A DNA stretch of 64,000 bases from an uncultured Actinomycetota bacterium (GCA_963718235.1 CAVQYR010000001.1:992001-1056000), one strand, 5' to 3'; positions 42,483 through 54,704 are shown, counted from the first letter of the stretch. Notes: a model not told the origin generated them from the sequence alone. Made by a program: numbers and translations.

Positions 42483-43792
42483 TGCTCCTCCTCGAAGACG
42501 GTGGGGATGGCCGGGTCCCCGGCCGACAGCCGCTGGCCGTCCGGCGGCAGCTCGGTCATCGCTTGGGCCTGGCGGGCCCGGGACACCTGCAACGGCTCGT
42601 GGTGGACCACCTCGCCCGCCTCGACCAGGAGGGTCAGCAACGGGCGCTCCCGCTCGTCGTCGAAGTCGGAGCCGACGCGCACGATCTCCTCGGCCGCCGT
42701 CCCGTCCGGTTCGTAGAGGCGGAACGCCCACTTGCGTCCGGCGACCGTCGGCTTGCCGACCGAGCGCTTGGCCACCCCGACGAGTGCGGCGTCGGCCCCG
42801 TTGTCGACGCCGCGGGCGACGAGCTTGTAGACCAGGCCCGCGGTGGGTGCCCCGGAGCCGGTGACGAGCGCGGTGCCGACCCCGTAGCCGTCGGCCGGCG
42901 CCGACTGCAGCGCCGCGATCGCGTGCTCGTCGAGGTCGCCGGTGACGACGATCCGCGTCCCGGTGGCGCCGAGCTCGTCGAGCTGACGCCGCACCCGGTG
43001 GCACTCGTCGGCCAGGTCACCGGAGTCGATCCGTACCCCGCCGAGCGTCGTGCCGGCGACCTCGATCCCGGTGGCCACACCGGTCGCGATGTCGTAGGTG
43101 TCGACGAGCAACGTCGTCGTCACACCCTGCGAGGCCACCTGTGACTCGAAGGCCGATCGCTCGTCGTCGTGCATCAGGGTGAACGCGTGGGCGCTGGTCC
43201 CCCGGGTCGGCAGTCCGTAACGCTGTCCCGCCTCGAGGTTCGACGTCGACTCGAACCCGGCGAGGTAGGCCGCGCGCGCTGCAGCGACGGCCGCCTCCTC
43301 GTGGGTGCGGCGCGACCCCATCTCGATGATCGGGCGTCCTTGGGCCGCGGAGACCATCCGGGCCGCCGCCGCGGCCACCGCGCAGTCGTGGTTGTAGACC
43401 GACAGGGCGATCGTCTCCAGGACGACCGCCTCGGCGAAGGTGCCCTCGACCACCAGCAGCGGTGACCCCGGGTAGTAGGTCTCGCCCTCGGCGTACCCCC
43501 AGATGTCGCCCTCGAAGCGGTAGTCGGCGAGCCAGGCCAGCGTGTCGGCGTCGACGATGTGCCGCTGCTCCAGGAAGGCCAGGGCCTCGTCGTCGAAGGT
43601 GAAGCGGCGCAGGGCGTCGAGGAATCGACCGGTCCCGGCCACGACGCCGTAGCGACGACCGGTGGGGAGCCGCCGGGTGAAGAGCTCGAAGACGCATCGT
43701 CGTCGCCAGGTGCCGTCACGAAGGGACGCCTGCAGCATGGTCAGCTCGTACTGGTCGGTGAGCAGACCGGTGCTGGCCGTGGGTGCGGTCAC
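42479..43792 (-). CDS. pncB: Nicotinate phosphoribosyltransferase
   Basis: LLTDQYELTM, EMGSRRTHE, GTSAHAF, LLVDTYD and VRIDSGD motifs. Confidence 0.95.
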   Translation of the reverse strand: MTAPTASTGLLTDQYELTMLQASLRDGTWRRRCVFELFTRRLPTGRRYGVVAGTGRFLDALRRFTFDDEALAFLEQRHIVDADTLAWLADYRFEGDIWGYAEGETYYPGSPLLVVEGTFAEAVVLETIALSVYNHDCAVAAAAARMVSAAQGRPIIEMGSRRTHEEAAVAAARAAYLAGFESTSNLEAGQRYGLPTRGTSAHAFTLMHDDERSAFESQVASQGVTTTLLVDTYDIATGVATGIEVAGTTLGGVRIDSGDLADECHRVRRQLDELGATGTRIVVTGDLDEHAIAALQSAPADGYGVGTALVTGSGAPTAGLVYKLVARGVDNGADAALVGVAKRSVGKPTVAGRKWAFRLYEPDGTAAEEIVRVGSDFDDERERPLLTLLVEAGEVVHHEPLQVSRARQAQAMTELPPDGQRLSAGDPAIPTVFEEEQ

Positions 43793-43823
43793 GGGCGCAG
43801 CCTAGTGCGCGGGGCATGCGACG

Positions 43824-44147
43824 ATGACCCCCGTGAGCGTGGCCCCCCCTGAGGTCGACCGACCCGACACGGACCGGTCCACCACCGTCCTGGACGACGT
43901 CCTGGTCGCGCCCGATCGGCCGTGGGTGACGATCGTGTGGAACGACCCGGTCAACCTCATGACCTACGTGACGTTCGTGCTCCAGGAGTACTTCGGCTAC
44001 GACGCCGACGAGGCCACCCGGCTGATGCTCCAGGTGCACCACGAGGGCCGAGCCGTCGTCTCCAACGGCACCCGCGAGGAGATGGAGCGCGACGTGGCGG
44101 CGATGCACGGCTACGGGCTGTGGGCGACTCTGCAGCAGGACAAGTGA
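43824..44147 (+). CDS. clpS: Clp protease adaptor ClpS
   Basis: [34 protein letters not shown]. Confidence 0.95.
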   Translation: MTPVSVAPPEVDRPDTDRSTTVLDDVLVAPDRPWVTIVWNDPVNLMTYVTFVLQEYFGYDADEATRLMLQVHHEGRAVVSNGTREEMERDVAAMHGYGLWATLQQDK

Positions 44148-44692
44148 GCGCCGTCGCGACACCGTCCGGCGGTGTCGTCCTCCGCCTGACCGGAGACGAC
44201 GTTGAGCTGCTCACCGCCTGGGTCGGCGAGCTGGCCCGTCTGGTGGCCCCTGACCGCACGGAGCCGGCCGACCCGATCGCGGCGATGGTGGGCCTCGATG
44301 CGACGCGGGACCGCCCCGACGACCCCGCACTGCAGCGGCTCTTCCCCGACGGGTACCGCGAGGACGAGGCTGCCTCGGCGGACTTCCGTCGGTACACCGA
44401 GCACGACCTGCGTCAGGCCAAGGCGCAGCGGGCCGAGGTGGTGCTGGAGAGCCTGAGCGGTCGTAGCGGTGCGACCGAGCTCGTGCTGGACGCCGAGCAG
44501 TCCAGGGCGTGGCTGGGCAGCCTGAACGACCTGCGCCTGGTCCTGGGCACCCGGCTGGGCATCACCGACGAGGAGGCGGCCGAGGAGTGGCCCGACGACG
44601 ATGACCCGCGGGCACCGGCGATGGTGGCCTACCACTGGCTCACCTACCTGCAGGGCACCCTCGTCGAGGCGATGAGCCCCCGACACCCGTAG
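44144..44692 (+). CDS. DUF2017 family protein
   Basis: [46 protein letters not shown]; coupled to clpS. Confidence 0.9.
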   Translation: MSAVATPSGGVVLRLTGDDVELLTAWVGELARLVAPDRTEPADPIAAMVGLDATRDRPDDPALQRLFPDGYREDEAASADFRRYTEHDLRQAKAQRAEVVLESLSGRSGATELVLDAEQSRAWLGSLNDLRLVLGTRLGITDEEAAEEWPDDDDPRAPAMVAYHWLTYLQGTLVEAMSPRHP

Positions 44693-44701
44693 CCTGGATC
44701 G

Positions 44702-45130
44702 GTGCTGATCGTCGACCAGTCCACCTACGACGCCCTCGTCGCCCACGCCCGCCGCGACCACCCGGACGAGGCGTGCGGGGTCGTCGCCGGCGCGGCTGGC
44801 AGCGACCGACCGACCCGCTTCGTCCCCATGGTCAACGCCGCCCGGTCTCCGACCTTCTACGAGTTCGACTCAGGTGACCTGCTGCGGCTGTACCGCGAGA
44901 TGGACGACCGTGACGAGGAGCCGGTGGTGATCTACCACTCGCACACCGCCACCGAGGCCTACCCCTCGAGGACCGACGTCACCTACGCCTCCGAGCCGAA
45001 CGCCCACTACGTGCTGGTCTCCACGGCCGACCCGGACCTCGAGCAGTTCCGCTCGTTCCGGATCGTGGACGGCGTCGTCTCGGAGGAAGAAGTGCGGGTC
45101 GTCCCGACGTTGGACGACCAGCCAGGCTGA
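44702..45130 (+). CDS. mec: JAMM/M67 family peptidase (CysO-cysteine peptidase Mec)
   Basis: PDEACG and YHSHTATEAYPSRTD (JAMM HxH-x7-S-x2-D). Confidence 0.92.
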   Translation: MLIVDQSTYDALVAHARRDHPDEACGVVAGAAGSDRPTRFVPMVNAARSPTFYEFDSGDLLRLYREMDDRDEEPVVIYHSHTATEAYPSRTDVTYASEPNAHYVLVSTADPDLEQFRSFRIVDGVVSEEEVRVVPTLDDQPG

Positions 45131-45190
45131 GCCTCTCACCCCACCACCCGTCCAGTGCCTAGTGCAACCGAGTGCAAGGAGTACCCCACC

Positions 45191-46511
<1,321 letters not shown>

Positions 46512-46528
46512 CTTCTGTCGGCGCAGCT

Positions 46529-46564
46529 CGAGGGGGCCGTCGGTGAGTACCGACGACCCCCTCG
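46529..46564. terminator. Hairpin between convergent cysM and ScyD/E-like genes
   Basis: CGAGGGGGCCGTCGGT-GAGT-ACCGACGACCCCCTCG, near-perfect stem. Confidence 0.7.
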
Positions 46565-46590
46565 CCCCCGCGAGTGTCAGGGAGTGGGGG

Positions 46591-47646
46591 CTATGGGTTG
46601 ATCGTGACGATCGACCCGTCCTCCAACGCGTTGACCGCCGCGTAGAGCTTGCCGTTGGCGTACTCCAGCCCGGCCGGTGTCGGTACCTCGGCGACTGTGG
46701 TCACGACGCCGTCGTGCACCATCGAGATCCGGTTGCCGAACATCTCCGACACGTAGATCCGACCACCGGGTGCGACGGCCAGGTTGGTGGCGCCGAGGAA
46801 CCCCCGGGCCAGCACGCCGAACTCTCCGTCGCCACCGACCCGCATGACGGCCCCGCGGGCGCCGAGGCTTGCGTCCTCGGGGCCACCGGGGAGCAGGCTG
46901 ACCATGAGGAAGCCGAGCTTGGTGACCTCGACATCGGTCGGGACCGGCTCGAAGGCGTACGTCTTGCCGATCACGCAGTCGGGGAGGCCGAACGCCTCAG
47001 CGGCCTCGGCCGTGATCGCGGTCTTCTGCGGACGGATGACGATGACGACGCTGATCCGCCCGCGCTTGGTCACGTGCAGGATGTCGTTGCCTCCGGCGTC
47101 GGCGACGTACCAACCGCCGTCACCGTCGTTGGCGATGGCGTACGGGTGGGAGTCGACGAGACCGTTGTACGGGTAGCCGCCAACCTCGGCCGGCACCTGT
47201 GCCGCACACTCCGCGGAGAGGTTCCGGAAACCGTAGACGTTGCGGGCGTCCGGGTTGTGCTTCCTCTCGTAGGCGCCGAGGTTGGCAATCGTGCGTACGG
47301 TGCCGTTGGCGAACCGGCGCTTGAGCAGCGCGATCGGGTGCTCCTCGTCGCCGCCGGTGAAGGTGTAGGTGACGTCGTAGCCGTTCGAGGCGACGCCGGC
47401 GACCTCGCCGGGCTCGGCCACGAGGTCCTTGGTCGTGCCGTTGGGACGGACCTTGGTGAGCAGCCCGGCGAACGACTGGCCGGTGTAGATCTGGCCGTCG
47501 GACCCGACGTCGATCTGCAGTGGGCCGGCCAGGCCCGAGACGATCGGCTCGGAGGGGACGGCGGTGGCCCACGACGGGGCCGTGGTGGCGACGGCTAGGG
47601 CGGACACGGCAGCAGTCGCGATCAGTGCGGTGCGCAAACCTCTCAT
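46591..47646 (-). CDS. Secreted ScyD/ScyE family beta-propeller protein
   Basis: Signal peptide, DSHPYAI, VADAGGNDIL, EPVPTDV and SLLPGGPE motifs. Confidence 0.82.
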   Translation of the reverse strand: MRGLRTALIATAAVSALAVATTAPSWATAVPSEPIVSGLAGPLQIDVGSDGQIYTGQSFAGLLTKVRPNGTTKDLVAEPGEVAGVASNGYDVTYTFTGGDEEHPIALLKRRFANGTVRTIANLGAYERKHNPDARNVYGFRNLSAECAAQVPAEVGGYPYNGLVDSHPYAIANDGDGGWYVADAGGNDILHVTKRGRISVVIVIRPQKTAITAEAAEAFGLPDCVIGKTYAFEPVPTDVEVTKLGFLMVSLLPGGPEDASLGARGAVMRVGGDGEFGVLARGFLGATNLAVAPGGRIYVSEMFGNRISMVHDGVVTTVAEVPTPAGLEYANGKLYAAVNALEDGSIVTINP

Positions 47647-47809
47647 GTGATCTACCCCCGTAGATGCTCGGGATGTGATGGTCGAATGCTGGCACTGCTC
47701 GACTGCCCTGGCCTGACCACGAGTGACCAACTTGGGTGCCCAGGAAGGGCCATGGCGGGGGCAGGGTGCGGTGCGGGGGTTCTCTCTGTTCGGTCGGTAG
47801 GCTGCTCCC

Positions 47810-48619
47810 GTGACGGACGCTCCGATCGGCATCTTCGACAGCGGCGTCGGCGGCCTCACGGTGGCGCGGGCCGTCACCGACCTCCTCCCTCACGAGGAGG
47901 TCCTGTACGTCGGGGACACCGCGCGGGGCCCCTACGGCCCCCGCCCGATCGCCGAGGTGCGCGCCTACGCCCTCGAGGTGATGGACCACCTGGTCGAGCA
48001 GAACGTGAAGCTCCTGGTGATCGCGTGCAACAGCGCCAGTGCGGCGGTCCTGCGCGACGCCCGCGAGCGGTACGCGGTGCCTGTCGTCGAGGTGATCCAG
48101 CCGGCTGTGCGACGCGCCGTGCATGCGACCCGCAACGGGCACGTGGGTGTGATCGGCACCCAGGCCACGATCACCAGCGGCGCGTACGGTGACGCCTTCG
48201 CCGCGGCCCCGAAGCTGAGGCTGACCCAGCAGGCCTGCCCCCGGTTCGTCGACTACGTCGAGCGGGGCATCACGGGTGGCCCTGAGCTGATGCGGGTGGC
48301 TCACGACTACCTCGACCCCGTGGTCGCGTCCGGCGTCGACACCCTGGTCCTCGGGTGCACGCACTACCCGCTGCTCGCGGGGGTCATCTCCTACGTCGTG
48401 GGCTATGAGGTGACGCTGGTCTCCAGCGCCGACGAGACGGCCCGCGACGTCTACCGCACGCTGGCCGAGCGTGGCGAGCTGCGCAGCGAGCTGCTCGGCG
48501 AGCCCAAGCACCGGTTCCTCGCCACCGGTGACCCCGAGCCGTTCCGTAGGCTCACGCATCGATTCCTCGGCCCGGAGGCCGGCGTCGTCGAGCGGGCGGA
48601 GGTCGTGGCATGGAGCTGA
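47810..48619 (+). CDS. murI: Glutamate racemase
   Basis: [20 protein letters not shown] and LGCTHYP motifs. Confidence 0.97.
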   Translation: MTDAPIGIFDSGVGGLTVARAVTDLLPHEEVLYVGDTARGPYGPRPIAEVRAYALEVMDHLVEQNVKLLVIACNSASAAVLRDARERYAVPVVEVIQPAVRRAVHATRNGHVGVIGTQATITSGAYGDAFAAAPKLRLTQQACPRFVDYVERGITGGPELMRVAHDYLDPVVASGVDTLVLGCTHYPLLAGVISYVVGYEVTLVSSADETARDVYRTLAERGELRSELLGEPKHRFLATGDPEPFRRLTHRFLGPEAGVVERAEVVAWS

Positions 48620-49362
48620 CGGTCGTGGGGTGCACGGGAAGCATGCCGGGCCCGGAGTCGCCGGCGTCCTGTTATCTCGTCCAGCACGAGGGCTACTCGC
48701 TGCTGCTCGACCTGGGCAACGGCTCACTGGGCGCGCTGATGCGGCACCTAGACATCCGCACGATCGACGCGATCGTGCTGAGCCACCTGCACGCGGACCA
48801 CTGCATCGACGTGACCTCGTTGTACGTGGCGCGCAAGTACGGCGGGCTGAGTGACGGTGGCCGACTTCCGGTCCTCGGACCACACGACACAGCCGACCGG
48901 ATGGCGCGGGTCTACGACCTGCCGCCGCGCCCGGGCATGACCGAGGAGTTCGACTTCGCCGACCTTCCACCGGAGACCGAGCTGGGGCCGTTTCGGATCC
49001 GCAGCGCGCGGATGGCCCACCCGGTCGAGGCGTATGCGGTTCGGGTCGACTGCGGCGAGGCGTCGTTGGCCTACACCGGTGACACCGGCCCGAACGACCG
49101 GCTGACGCCGTTGGCAGCGGGAGCCGGGGTGCTCTTGGCCGAGGCCTCGTTCGTCGACGGCGTGCAGAACCCGGTAGACCTGCACCTGACTGGGCGCCAG
49201 GCGGGTGAGGCCGCGCGCGACGCCGCGGTCGGACAGCTGGTCGTCACGCATGTGCCCCCGTGGAACGACGGGCACCGCGCGGTGGCCGAGGCGGCAGACG
49301 TGTACGAGGGCCCGATCGCGCTGGCTCACTCCGGGCTGAGGCTGCCGGTCGAGGGCCGGTAG
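48610..49362 (+). CDS. MBL-fold metallo-hydrolase (Rv1339-like)
   Basis: [18 protein letters not shown] and HLT motifs; murI-rph context. Confidence 0.9.
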   Translation: MELTVVGCTGSMPGPESPASCYLVQHEGYSLLLDLGNGSLGALMRHLDIRTIDAIVLSHLHADHCIDVTSLYVARKYGGLSDGGRLPVLGPHDTADRMARVYDLPPRPGMTEEFDFADLPPETELGPFRIRSARMAHPVEAYAVRVDCGEASLAYTGDTGPNDRLTPLAAGAGVLLAEASFVDGVQNPVDLHLTGRQAGEAARDAAVGQLVVTHVPPWNDGHRAVAEAADVYEGPIALAHSGLRLPVEGR

Positions 49363-49371
49363 CCTCGCCGC

Positions 49372-50106
49372 ATGTCACGCATCGACGGCCGGTCGGCCGC
49401 CCAGCTGCGCCCGGTCACCTTCGAGCGTCACTGGTCCGAGCACGCCGAGGGGTCGGTGCTGGTCTCGTTCGGACGTACGCGCGTGCTGTGCACGGCGTCG
49501 GCCACCCAGGGCGTCCCCCGGTGGCGCAAGGGCAGCGGCCTGGGCTGGATCACCTCCGAGTACGCAATGCTGCCCCGGTCGACGCACACGCGCAGCGACC
49601 GCGAGTCGGTGCGCGGCAAGATCGGGGGCCGCACCCACGAGATCTCCCGGCTCATCGGTCGCTCGCTTCGCGCCGTGGTCGACCTCTCGGCCCTGGGCGA
49701 GAACACGATCGTGCTCGACTGCGACGTGCTGCAGGCCGACGGAGGAACCCGGACCGCAGCCATCACCGGCGCCTACGTTGCCCTGGCCGACGCCGTCACG
49801 TGGCTGAAGGCCAACGCTGCCCTGCCTGCCGACGCGGTCGCGTTGACCGGTTCGGTGGCGGCTGTCTCGGTCGGCATCGTCGAGGGCGAGCCGTTGCTCG
49901 ACCTTCGGTACGAGGAGGACGTCACGGCCGAGACCGACATGAACGTCGTGTGCACAGGCGACGGGCGCTTCGTCGAGGTGCAGGGCACCGCCGAAGGTGA
50001 GCCGTTCGACCGCGCGCTCCTCGACCGGCTGCTCGATCTCGCCTCCACCGGCTGCGCCGAGCTGACCCAGCTGCAGCGGGCGGCCCTGGAGGCAGGCTCG
50101 CCGTGA
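49372..50106 (+). CDS. rph: Ribonuclease PH
   Basis: [34 protein letters not shown] and EVQGTAEG motifs. Confidence 0.97.
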   Translation: MSRIDGRSAAQLRPVTFERHWSEHAEGSVLVSFGRTRVLCTASATQGVPRWRKGSGLGWITSEYAMLPRSTHTRSDRESVRGKIGGRTHEISRLIGRSLRAVVDLSALGENTIVLDCDVLQADGGTRTAAITGAYVALADAVTWLKANAALPADAVALTGSVAAVSVGIVEGEPLLDLRYEEDVTAETDMNVVCTGDGRFVEVQGTAEGEPFDRALLDRLLDLASTGCAELTQLQRAALEAGSP

Positions 50107-50711
50107 CCGCGAAGGTCGTGCTGGCAACACGCAACGCCCACAAGGTCGACGAGCTGCGCCGCATCCTGAACGAGGCGGGCGCCGACGTCGAGCTCGTGGG
50201 TGTCGAGGCCCTCGACGACGTGCCCGAGGTAGCTGAGACCGGGGCGACCTTCGCCGAGAACGCCCTGCTCAAGGCACACGCGGTTGCCGCGGCCACGGGT
50301 CTGCCTGCGGTCGCTGACGACTCGGGCCTGTGCGTCGACGTGCTCGGCGGCATGCCCGGTGTGTTCAGTGCGCGGTGGTCGGGGCAGCACGGTGACGACG
50401 ACGCCAACCTGCAGCTCGTGCTGGCGCAGCTGAGCGACGTGCCGAGCGACCGCCGTTCCGCGCACTTCGCGTGTGCCGCGGCCCTCGCCCTGCCGCGCGG
50501 CGTCGAACGGGTGGCGGAGGGCCGACTCGACGGGGTGCTGACCACGACACCACGGGGCCGCAACGGGTTCGGCTACGACCCGATCTTCGTCCCGGACGGC
50601 GAGCGGCGGACCACCGCCGAGCTGACAGCGGTCGAGAAGGACGCGATCAGCCACCGCGGCCGCGCCTTTCGTGTCCTCAGTGACGCGATCCGGGACCTGG
50701 TCCACGCCTGA
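50103..50711 (+). CDS. rdgB: Non-canonical purine NTP pyrophosphatase (RdgB/HAM1)
   Basis: [22 protein letters not shown] and ISHRGRA motifs. Confidence 0.96.
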   Translation: MTAKVVLATRNAHKVDELRRILNEAGADVELVGVEALDDVPEVAETGATFAENALLKAHAVAAATGLPAVADDSGLCVDVLGGMPGVFSARWSGQHGDDDANLQLVLAQLSDVPSDRRSAHFACAAALALPRGVERVAEGRLDGVLTTTPRGRNGFGYDPIFVPDGERRTTAELTAVEKDAISHRGRAFRVLSDAIRDLVHA

Positions 50712-50775
50712 GCGACGGGCTCAAGTGGGCCCGACCGCCCTCCAGTCTTGACGTGCTGGATCCTGCGCAGCATCG

Positions 50776-50801
50776 TGTCGAAACCGCCTCCGACCGTTCG
50801 T
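50776..50801 (+). promoter_or_regulatory. Putative ECF42-type sigma promoter
   Basis: TGTCGA-N17-CGT upstream of a DGPF-domain gene. Confidence 0.55.
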
Positions 50802-50851
50802 GGAGGAGGTGAAGGCGGACACCGTGGTCTGCCAGGTCAGGAGGAGCAGCC

Positions 50852-51220
50852 ATGGCCGAGTACCTCATCTACTTCAACCAGCAGTGGGTGGGTGACCACA
50901 CCGAGGAGTGGTTCCGCGGGCGCGGGCCACTCGCGATGGCGGTCGTCGACGAGATGAAGGCTGCGGGCGTCTGTGTGTTCGCCGGAGGGCTGGAGGAGGA
51001 GGTCGACAAGGCCTTCAGCGCGGACGCGACCAGCGGCGCGTTGGTGTTCACCGACGGACCCTTCGTCGAGACCAAGGAGTACCTGGGCGGGCTCACCGTG
51101 GTGGACGTGGTCGACGAGGAGGCCGCCAGGATGTGGGCCGGCAAGATTGCAGAGGCGTGCGGCTGGCCCCAGGAGGTGCGCCGGTTCGGGGCGATGCCAC
51201 AGGCTGCCGGCAGGACCTGA
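50852..51220 (+). CDS. YciI/DGPF domain protein
   Basis: VFAGGL..TDGPFVETKEYLGG..QEVRRF; strong AGGAGG SD. Confidence 0.9.
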   Translation: MAEYLIYFNQQWVGDHTEEWFRGRGPLAMAVVDEMKAAGVCVFAGGLEEEVDKAFSADATSGALVFTDGPFVETKEYLGGLTVVDVVDEEAARMWAGKIAEACGWPQEVRRFGAMPQAAGRT

Positions 51221-51248
51221 CGCTCGGTCGGCTCACCGATCCGCCAGC

Positions 51249-51860
51249 ATGGTGACCGTGTCGACGACCTCGCCCACTCCACGCGGGCCCGTGGTGCTCA
51301 TCGGCCCTCTCGCCGTCGGCAAGTCGACGGTGAGTGCTGCCCTGGCTTCGCTGGTCGGCGAGAGACTCTGCTCGGTCGACGAGGTCCGATGGCAGTACTT
51401 CGACGAGATCGGGTACGACCGGGAGGAAGCTGGGCGTCGCTACGCCTCGGGGCGGACTCCGGCGGAGAAGCTGGCGTACGGCATGCCGTTCGAGGTGCAC
51501 GCCATCGAGCGGATCATGGCGAGCAGGTCGTTCGGAGTGGTCGACTTCGGTGCCAGCAACTCGGTGTGCGAGGACCCCGTCCAGTTCGCCCGGGTGCAGG
51601 CCGCGTTGTCCGAGGCTCACGTTGTCCTGCTTCTTCCGTCAGAGGACCCTGCGGAGTCGGAGCACATCCTGGCCGGGCGGTTGCAGGCGATCCTGCAGGC
51701 CAAGCACGAAGCCGTCAGCGATGAGCTGCTCGCGCTCAACGCCTACTTCATCCGACATGCTTCCAGTCGTCGCCTGGCGCGAGAGATCGCGTACACGTCA
51801 GGTCGAGGCCCGGCGGCCATCGCCGCCGAGATCGCCGGATCCTACGAAGCCGCGAGATGA
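51249..51860 (+). CDS. Shikimate-kinase-like P-loop protein
   Basis: VVLIGPLAVGKSTV Walker A, VVDFGA and VVLLLPS motifs. Confidence 0.7.
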   Translation: MVTVSTTSPTPRGPVVLIGPLAVGKSTVSAALASLVGERLCSVDEVRWQYFDEIGYDREEAGRRYASGRTPAEKLAYGMPFEVHAIERIMASRSFGVVDFGASNSVCEDPVQFARVQAALSEAHVVLLLPSEDPAESEHILAGRLQAILQAKHEAVSDELLALNAYFIRHASSRRLAREIAYTSGRGPAAIAAEIAGSYEAAR

Positions 51861-51906
51861 GGCACGGGCGGGTGATCCGCTGCGCAGGGCCGCCTCCGGA
51901 GTCGGG

Positions 51907-51988
51907 TGCGGAAGGGGGGACTTGAACCCCCACGCCCGAAGGCACAGGTGCCTAAGACCTGCGCGTCTACCTGTTCCGCCACTTCCGC
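51907..51988 (-). tRNA. tRNA-Leu(TAG)
   Basis: GCGGAAGTGGCGGAACAGGTAGACGCG-CAGGT-CTTAGGC-ACCTG-long variable arm-GGGGGTTCAAGTCCCCCCTTCCGCA; CCA not encoded. Confidence 0.96.
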
Positions 51989-52040
51989 GTCGGCAGCGAC
52001 TGTATCCGTTCGTCCACACCTGCTCCCGGGGCCCGGATTC

Positions 52041-52062
52041 TGTCGGTGCTGTCTACTAGAAT
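52041..52062 (+). promoter_or_regulatory. PafBC (RecA-NDp) DNA-damage promoter
   Basis: TGTCGG-N10-TAGAAT, exact fit to TGTCGG-N10-TA-N3-T. Confidence 0.8.
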
Positions 52063-52077
52063 CGAACGTATGTTCGA
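52062..52077. promoter_or_regulatory. LexA SOS box
   Basis: TCGAAC-GTAT-GTTCGA, the actinobacterial consensus; contains the ATG at 52070. Confidence 0.85.
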
Positions 52078-53510
52078 GCCGAGGACCACCGATGGGCCTA
52101 CCGGGCCATCGCGTGCTGCCCTCGGTCTCGCGATCCCCAGCGAGGTACCGGACTGGATGGTCGAAGCTGTCGAAGCAGTCGAGGCGCAGGGGAGCGACCC
52201 AGTCAGCGGAACGGACGACGAGGCTGATCGGTGCGCGGCGGAGGCGGCCGCGATGGCTCCCGGTGCCGAGTCAGCACGGCTCATCGCGCAGGTGACTACG
52301 GGCGAGCTGTCCGAGCAGGGCCGGGTCAACTTCGCCGTCGCGTGCGAGCGGCTCGCGGCCTGGGCGTCGGCTCGACAGCTTCCCGCGGTGGTTGACCACG
52401 TCGGACGTGACGTCGAGCCAGACCGGACAGGCAACGAGCGCCGGTTCCTCGACCAGGCATGCTGGTTCACCGAGCTGCAGGTGTCGCTCAACCTCTCCGA
52501 GACGGCCTTCCGGTCGAGGCTGGAGATGGCCCGTGCCCTCACCGGCCGGCTGTCCCGCACGTACGCGGCATTCCTGGCCGGTGAGCTCTCGTACATGCAC
52601 GTCCGGGCGATCGTCGAGACCCTCGACGAGGCGAACGATGTCCACGCCGCCGCCGCTGAGGAGCGGATCCTGGGCCGCGCGTCCGGCAAGACGATCGGTG
52701 AGCTGCGTCGCCTGGCCCGCAACACCGTCGACCGGATCGATGCTGAGGCTGCGGCACGACGTCATGCCCGAGCCTCCAAGGAGCGCAGCGTCGAGCGGTG
52801 GAGCGAGCCCGACGGGGTCGCGGCACTCTGCGTTCGCGGCCCGGCGCCGGACGTCGAGGCGATCTGGGCTGCGCTCTGCGGTGCTCGCCGGGCCGCGCGA
52901 GTCTGACGACCCACGCCGGATCGGAGCACGACGGTTCGACGCCCTGCTCGGCCTGTGCCTGGGGGCGGTCGCCCCGCGCGACCACGCGCAGGCGTCGGCT
53001 GAGGCGACGTCGCCGAGCACCCCGGTCCAGGCGCAGATCGTGATCGACCTCGCCACGCTGCTCGAGCTGGCAGACAACCCCTGCGAGCTGCGCGGGTACG
53101 GAACCATCCCCGCAGCAGTCGCCCGTGGCTGGCTCCAGCAGGCGGACACCTGGCGCCGCCTGGTCACCGACCCGGTGCAGGGGCACCTGCTCGACTTCGG
53201 CCCGGTGGTCCGGTTCGCCCCGCCCAAGCTGCAGCGCTTCATCGCCGTCCGCGACCAGACCTGCACGTTTCCGCAGTGCCGGCAGCCCGCTCGTCGCTGT
53301 GACCTCGACCATGACCCACCGTGGCGACCCGACGGCGATGGAGGCTCCGCCAGCGCCGAGCAGATGGCCGTGCTGTGCCGGCGACACCATCGGCTCAAGA
53401 CCCACGGTGGGTGGTCGGTCGAGCGCCGGGCTGATGGAGACACCGTGTGGATCAGCCCAGGTGGACGACGGTTCACCACGCTCGCGCCGCCGGTGCTCAC
53501 CGATCATTGA
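52070..53510 (+). CDS. DUF222 + HNH endonuclease (13E12 repeat-family-like); frameshift near 52875
   Basis: RRFDAL, ELRGYGTIPA, RRLVTDP, RFIAVRDQTCTFPQC, CDLDH and LCRRHHRLKTHGGW; two overlapping ORFs. Confidence 0.85.
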
Positions 53511-53528
53511 CCGGGCGCTGGCACGCCC

Positions 53529-54704
53529 TCAGCCGAGGCGGCGTCCGGCGGTGAGCATCCAGACCGACGCGCCCATGGCGGCAACGCCCGACACGACAAG
53601 TGGCACCACGCCGCCACCGGGGCCGAGCTCCCAGGCCAGACCGGCCCACAGCCCGGCGAGCAGCACTGCGCCGCCGGACAGGCCCTGGAAGACCCCCTGG
53701 GCATGGCCGCGCACGGTCGGTGAGACCAGCGAGGTGATCCAGGCCTTGCCGACGCCGTCGGTGAACCCGTTGAACCCGCCGTAGACCGCCATCAGGGCGA
53801 AGACCACCCAGCCACCGTCGACGAGGCCCAGCCCGAGGTAGCCGATCGCGAAGCAGACCAGGCCCAACGCGTACACCCTCGACCGCGGCCACCGGTCGGA
53901 CAGCGCTCCGGCCGGGTACGACACGGCGGAGTAGACGAGGTTGTAGACGACGTACGCGGCGACCACGGCCGTCGCCGAGAAGCCGAGCTCACTGACCCGC
54001 AGCAGGATGAGGGCGTCGGGAAAGTTCACGACCGCGATGATGACGAGCACCACGGTGACCCGTTTGAACCCGCTCGGCAGGGGTTCGCGGATCTTCGCCC
54101 GGAGGCCGGCGTCCTCGCGGACCAACGACGCCGGCTGCTCCTCGCGGGCGAAACCGACCAGCAGCACGCTGAGGACCGCCGGGATGACGGCGATCCACAG
54201 CGTGAGGCGAATGTTGTCGTTGGTCCCGGCGAGGACCGCCAGCGCGACCAGCGGACCGATCACGGCTCCGGCGGTGTCGGCAGCCCGGTGGAACCCGAAG
54301 ACCCGCCCCAGCTCGCTGTGCGGCACTCCCTCGGCGAGCAGGGCGTCGCGCGGTGCACCCCTGATTCCCTTGCCGAGCCGGTCGACGACCCGACCCACCA
54401 GCACGATCGGCCACACCGCCGCAGCGGCCACGATGACCTTTCCCACTGCAGCCATCGCGTAGCCGGTGGTGACCAAGGGCTTGCGTCCGACCCGGTCGGA
54501 GTACTTGCCGGACAGGTACTTGGTCAGCGCGGCAGCACCCTCAGCCACCCCTTCGATCACGCCGACGACGGCGGCCGGGGCGCCCAGCACCACGGTGAGC
54601 AGCAGGGGGAGCAGCGGGTAGAGCAGCTCGCTGGCAGCGTCCTGGGCCAGCGAGACGGCCGAGAGGACACCGACGTTTCGAGTGAGCCACCGCGGACGAC
54701 GCAC
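53529..54704 (-). CDS. MFS transporter
   Basis: SDRVGRK, DRLGKGIRGAPRDALL and FGFHRAADTAGAVIGP motifs. Confidence 0.9.
   Translation of the reverse strand: MRRPRWLTRNVGVLSAVSLAQDAASELLYPLLPLLLTVVLGAPAAVVGVIEGVAEGAAALTKYLSGKYSDRVGRKPLVTTGYAMAAVGKVIVAAAAVWPIVLVGRVVDRLGKGIRGAPRDALLAEGVPHSELGRVFGFHRAADTAGAVIGPLVALAVLAGTNDNIRLTLWIAVIPAVLSVLLVGFAREEQPASLVREDAGLRAKIREPLPSGFKRVTVVLVIIAVVNFPDALILLRVSELGFSATAVVAAYVVYNLVYSAVSYPAGALSDRWPRSRVYALGLVCFAIGYLGLGLVDGGWVVFALMAVYGGFNGFTDGVGKAWITSLVSPTVRGHAQGVFQGLSGGAVLLAGLWAGLAWELGPGGGVVPLVVSGVAAMGASVWMLTAGRRLG

Noticed and set aside
45131-45190. AGTGC x3 upstream of cysO as a CIRCE element or leader peptide
   Set aside because: No TTAGCACTC-N9-GAGTGCTAA inverted repeat and no convincing separate ORF.
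46591-47646. Scytonemin biosynthesis
   Set aside because: Only a lone ScyD/E-like protein, a family widespread outside cyanobacteria; no scyABC.
50712-53520. Integrative element or prophage at tRNA-Leu
   Set aside because: No integrase, and I could not find a duplicated tRNA 3' end (att site) by eye.
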